From Squalus acanthias (lineage: Eukaryota): a stretch of 64,000 nucleotides of DNA. The translations under genes and the position numbers were made by a program. Below the pieces are notes generated by a model, which saw only the letters and a list, made by a program, of their open reading frames with translations, was not told the origin of the DNA and did no database searches. The stretch is taken from assembly GCA_030390025.1 (NCBI GenBank), contig CM059431.1, forward strand, positions 131,814,001 to 131,878,000. Direction: 5' to 3'. The stretch's first letter is position 1; the number at the start of each line of letters is the position of its first letter. Of this stretch, positions 63,847 through 64,000 are shown piece by piece.

Positions 63847-64000
63847 ACAGAGATTGAGTTCGTGAGTTTGATACAGAAGTACTATGTGAGATAATTCTAA
63901 AAATATATAGATTTATTAAAGAACCGACATGTAATTACAGTAGGTGTTTCAATCGCAACATTAACAGTTCCAAATACAGAAATCTTACAATTCTATTATC

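Overview
Vertebrate intronic DNA, almost certainly from a cartilaginous fish (shark), judged from its HE1/V-SINE, DeuSINE and HER1-type CR1 content. The only host coding sequence is one 392-bp exon of glypican-6 (GPC6, + strand, 28975-29366), so the rest is inferred to be its two large flanking introns. The window is packed with nested transposable elements. These comprise about a dozen CR1 LINE copies, L2-type fragments, tRNA-derived SINEs, about nine PIF/Harbinger-type elements with GGGC/GGGG termini and 3-bp TSDs, and one CAGTAATGC-ended DNA element with a 6-bp TSD. One Harbinger element keeps a full-length dead transposase; another keeps a 3-exon Myb/SANT gene with a likely AT-hook. The most notable signal is a family of six short (105-230 bp), partly palindromic, Penelope-like insertions. 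Three have 14-16 bp TSDs, four carry a minimal hammerhead-ribozyme core (CUGANGA-stem II-GAAA-YGUU), and all lie sense to GPC6. Family names come from recognition of motifs, not database searches. Boundaries of old elements are approximate.
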